A stretch of DNA of 55,998 nucleotides from assembly GCA_902775595.1 (NCBI GenBank), contig CACYNF010000004.1:1-55998 (forward strand), read 5' to 3'. A program made the translations under genes and the position numbers. How positions within the stretch are numbered: the stretch's first letter is position 1; each line of letters starts with the position of its first letter. The DNA comes from an uncultured bacterium. Its GTDB lineage: Bacteria > Verrucomicrobiota > Kiritimatiellia > RFP12 > UBA1067. Below the pieces are notes generated by a model. It saw nothing but the letters and a program-made list of their open reading frames with translations, was not told where the DNA came from and made no database searches. This document shows, piece by piece, positions 53,089-55,998 of this stretch.

Positions 53089-54825
53089 ATGGACAGTCTG
53101 GACTTCCTTGCCATAGGGCTATTCTTCGCGGCCCTTTTCGGCATTGCGGCGGCGTGCTCGCGCCATGCGAGCAAGGACGCCAAGGACTTCTTCCTCTCTG
53201 GGCGTTCGATGCCATGGTGGCTCATCGGCGTCTCCATGTGCGCGGCATCGACTTCGACGAATTCCGCGAACATGTTCACCGAATTCATTCGCAACTCCTC
53301 CCTTGGCGAGAACTGGAAGTGGTGGGCGTTTCTCCTCACGGGCATGCTCACGGTGTTCGTCTATTCCAAGCTGTGGGTGCGCTCCGGCGCCAAGAGCGAC
53401 ATCGAGTTCTACGAGCTTCGCTACTCGGGCAGGGCCGCGGCGTTCCTGCGCGGCTTCCGCGCCATATATCTCGGGCTGGTGTTCAACGTGATAACGACCG
53501 GCCTCGTGATGCTGGCGGCGATAAAGATAGGCCAGACGCTGTTCGGCGTCGGGCAGTGGACGGTTGTCGCGGTCACGGCCATCGCCTCGATAGTGTATTC
53601 CGCCGTGGGCGGATTCCGCGGTGCGATATACACGGACTTCTTCCTCTTTGTCGTCATAATGGTAGGCGCGGTCGCGGGCATGTACTACGCCGTGAACCAT
53701 CCGGCCGTCGGCGGCTTCTCTGCGATGATGTCGAACCCTGCCGTGCAGAGCCATCTGGCGTTTTTCCCCGATCCATCCAACACCGATCTTTTCGTCGCCG
53801 TGTTCGTGATTCCGGTCGCGATCCAGTGGTGGAACGTGTGGTATCCAGGTTCCGAGCCGGGTGGCGGCGGCTATATCGTCCAGCGCATGCTTTCCGCGAA
53901 GAGCGAAGGGCATTGCGTCGGCGGCTCGATACTGTACCAGGTCATCAACTACGCGATCCGCCCTTGGCCGTGGTACCTCACCGCGTTCGCCTCGCTCATT
54001 GTGTTCCCCGACCTCGCATCGCTGCAGAAGGCGTTCCCGAACGTCAATCCCGCGCTCGTCAAGGGAGACCTCGCATATCCAGCGATGCTTACGTTCGTGC
54101 CGAACGGCTGGCTTGGAGTCGTTGCGGCTTCCATGATGGGCGCACTCTTCTCCACGGTGGCGGCGCACCTCTCCATGGGGTCGAACTACATCGCCAACGA
54201 CTTCTGGAAGCGCTTCGTCCGCCCGGAGGCCGACGAGCGCGAGCTTATCGTCGTCGGGCGCGTCACGGTCGTAGTCCTCATGGCTCTCACCGCCGTGATC
54301 TCCCCGCTCCTCATTTCGGCCGGCGCGGTCTTCAACCTGATTCTGCAGATCGGCGCGGGCACTGGACTCATCTATCTCCTGAGGTGGTTCTGGATGCGCA
54401 TCAACGCGTGGAGCGAGATCACGGCAATGGCCGTCTCGTTCGCGGTGGCCGTATTCCTTCAGCTTGTCTACCCGCATTTCGGCTGGCCTGAGCTGGCGGC
54501 CTGGCACCGGCTCCTTATCGTGATGTCCGTCACGACGGCTGCGTGGGTAGGCGTGACTCTCCTCACGCCGCCGACAGAAGCGGCGAAGCGCGCGGCGTTC
54601 CAGAACAAGATCCATGCCAGCGGGCACGACATCGCATGGGGAATGCTGGCCATGACGGTTTCATGCGCCGCCATCTACTCGCTCATGTTCGCGGTAGGCG
54701 GCTGGATCTATGGCCGCATCGCGTTTGCCGCAGCGCTGACGAGCGTGTCCGTTGCCGCGGGCCTCCTGCTGATTCCCGTCTTGCGCCGTCTCAACCCCAA
54801 GTCCACATGCGATTGTCAACTTTAA
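53089..54825 (+). CDS. Sodium:solute symporter family transporter
   Basis: FFLSGRSMPWW, GG..GAIYTD, YIVQRMLSAK; multiple TMs. Confidence 0.93.
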   Translation: MDSLDFLAIGLFFAALFGIAAACSRHASKDAKDFFLSGRSMPWWLIGVSMCAASTSTNSANMFTEFIRNSSLGENWKWWAFLLTGMLTVFVYSKLWVRSGAKSDIEFYELRYSGRAAAFLRGFRAIYLGLVFNVITTGLVMLAAIKIGQTLFGVGQWTVVAVTAIASIVYSAVGGFRGAIYTDFFLFVVIMVGAVAGMYYAVNHPAVGGFSAMMSNPAVQSHLAFFPDPSNTDLFVAVFVIPVAIQWWNVWYPGSEPGGGGYIVQRMLSAKSEGHCVGGSILYQVINYAIRPWPWYLTAFASLIVFPDLASLQKAFPNVNPALVKGDLAYPAMLTFVPNGWLGVVAASMMGALFSTVAAHLSMGSNYIANDFWKRFVRPEADERELIVVGRVTVVVLMALTAVISPLLISAGAVFNLILQIGAGTGLIYLLRWFWMRINAWSEITAMAVSFAVAVFLQLVYPHFGWPELAAWHRLLIVMSVTTAAWVGVTLLTPPTEAAKRAAFQNKIHASGHDIAWGMLAMTVSCAAIYSLMFAVGGWIYGRIAFAAALTSVSVAAGLLLIPVLRRLNPKSTCDCQL

Positions 54826-54859
54826 ACTTTTAACTTCAAACTTCAAACTTTAAACTTTT
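54818..54859 (+). repeat. Heptamer tandem repeat, 6 x AACTT(T/C)(A/T)
   Basis: aacttta aactttt aacttca aacttca aacttta aactttt. Confidence 0.85.
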
Positions 54860-54863
54860 TATT

Positions 54864-55940
54864 ATGTCCTACGAAAAAGAACTGACAGCGGCAGAGGTCA
54901 AGGCCAAGGCGCTCGAATGCGGCGCCGACATCGTCGGCATTGCGCCAATGAGCCGATGGGAGGGCGTAGCCGACAAGCAGCATGACCCGCGCTACATCTT
55001 CCCGGACGCAAAGTCGATGATCGTCTTCGGCTTCCGCATCCCGCGCGGCTCGCTGCGCGGCGTAGAGGAAGGCACGCACTATCTCAACTACGCGACGATG
55101 GGCTACGCCGCGCTCAACTCCATCTACGGGCCGATGGTCCTGTGGGAGATGAACCGCTTCATGGAGGACCACGGCTACGAGGCCGTGCCCATGGCGAACG
55201 TCGGCGGCGGCGAGGCCGTGAACCCGCTTACCGGCAACTTCCGCAAGGGCTGGAGCCGTCCCGTCAGGCCGGGGCTCCCCGCGCCCGACGTCTCCGTCGA
55301 TTTCCGCATGGCGGCGTTTCTCGCCGGGCTTGGCGAGTTCGGCTACTCCCGCGCCTTCCTCACGCCGGAATTCGGCCCCCGCCAGCGATTCGCAATAATG
55401 CTTACGGACGCGGAGCTGGACGCAGACCCGATATACGCCGGCAAGATCTGCGACCACTGCATGGAGTGCGTCAAGAACTGCCACGGCAAGTGCATTTCGC
55501 CTACGGAGACCGTGAAGAAGACGATATGCGGGGTGGAGGTCGAATGGGCGAAGCGCGACGAAATGGCCTGCTCCAAGGCCTTCCGCGAGGGCGGGCTCAA
55601 CCGCGAGCTTTCGCCTTTCGACGGCAACTATCCGCGCAAGTACGGCTACGGCCTCGCGCACGAGGGTAGCTGCGGATGCATCCGCGCCTGCATGGTCCAC
55701 CTGGAGCGTCGCGCCAAGATGACTCACGGATTTCGCAATCCCTTCCGCAAGGAGGGCTGGCAGCAGTGGGAGATCGACCACTCCAAGCCATACGAGATTC
55801 CGGCGGACACGCTCAGGGAATACGAGGGCAACATCGAGTCGCACGATGCCTACACGAACTACAACATCAAGTCCAACTACGGCACGAAGGCCGCGGCGGG
55901 GCTTGTTCAGGACAACTCGTCCAGCGGAGGCGTGGCGTGA
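54864..55940 (+). CDS. QueG/reductive-dehalogenase-like 4Fe-4S protein
   Basis: GADIVGIA, AAFLAGLGEFG..FLTPEFGPRQRF, CDHCMECVKNC, CGCIRAC. Confidence 0.8.
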   Translation: MSYEKELTAAEVKAKALECGADIVGIAPMSRWEGVADKQHDPRYIFPDAKSMIVFGFRIPRGSLRGVEEGTHYLNYATMGYAALNSIYGPMVLWEMNRFMEDHGYEAVPMANVGGGEAVNPLTGNFRKGWSRPVRPGLPAPDVSVDFRMAAFLAGLGEFGYSRAFLTPEFGPRQRFAIMLTDAELDADPIYAGKICDHCMECVKNCHGKCISPTETVKKTICGVEVEWAKRDEMACSKAFREGGLNRELSPFDGNYPRKYGYGLAHEGSCGCIRACMVHLERRAKMTHGFRNPFRKEGWQQWEIDHSKPYEIPADTLREYEGNIESHDAYTNYNIKSNYGTKAAAGLVQDNSSSGGVA

Positions 55941-55998
55941 CCGAGAATTTCCCAGATGTCACGAGCGCCGAGATAAAAGCGCTGGCGAAGAGGGTCGG
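55937..55998 (+). CDS. Start of a probable second QueG-like paralog (truncated by window end)
   Basis: GTG overlapping the upstream TGA; MTENFPDVTSAEIKALAKRV resembles LTAAEVKAKALECG. Confidence 0.55.
   Translation, partial: MTENFPDVTSAEIKALAKRV

Noticed and set aside
1-55998. tRNA, rRNA, CRISPR array or exosortase gene
   Set aside because: None recognised by eye; a covariance-model/HMM scan would be needed to exclude them formally.

Overview
Bacterial genomic window. PEP-CTERM genes, 'NAVGY' proteins and TGnTATAAT promoters suggest a PVC-group organism such as a Kiritimatiellae member (inference only). Bases 1-20.8 kb hold a shufflon-like locus with five paralogous cassettes (A-, B+, C-, D+, E-). 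Each is a whole operon: a start-less variable acidic protein beginning at an (N)AVGY/VGY motif, a PEP-CTERM protein, a membrane-anchored protein, a secreted protein and a GspF/PilC-N-like protein. Cassette A is cut by the window edge. Four cassettes begin at an identical core CGAACGCTGTCGG(R)TAT with spaced GTGCAG arm repeats. The fifth begins at a 285-bp element that is repeated at 20.55 kb. An intact tyrosine recombinase abuts cassette E and a decayed recombinase remnant abuts cassette A. Next come a Fic gene and a 921-aa protein that looks like two tandem, miniaturised, catalytically defective Cas12a WED/RuvC modules, with no CRISPR array. The rest is mainly housekeeping and carbohydrate genes: pbpC, proB, folB, queH, queF, an N-truncated murE, a split fumarase interrupted by a GH63-like/GH95 fusion, proS, a two-component system with a duplicated operator, an XylR-like regulator, an SSS transporter and tandem QueG-like proteins. 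The window also has a 457-bp MITE, REP-like palindromes and many apparently leaderless genes.
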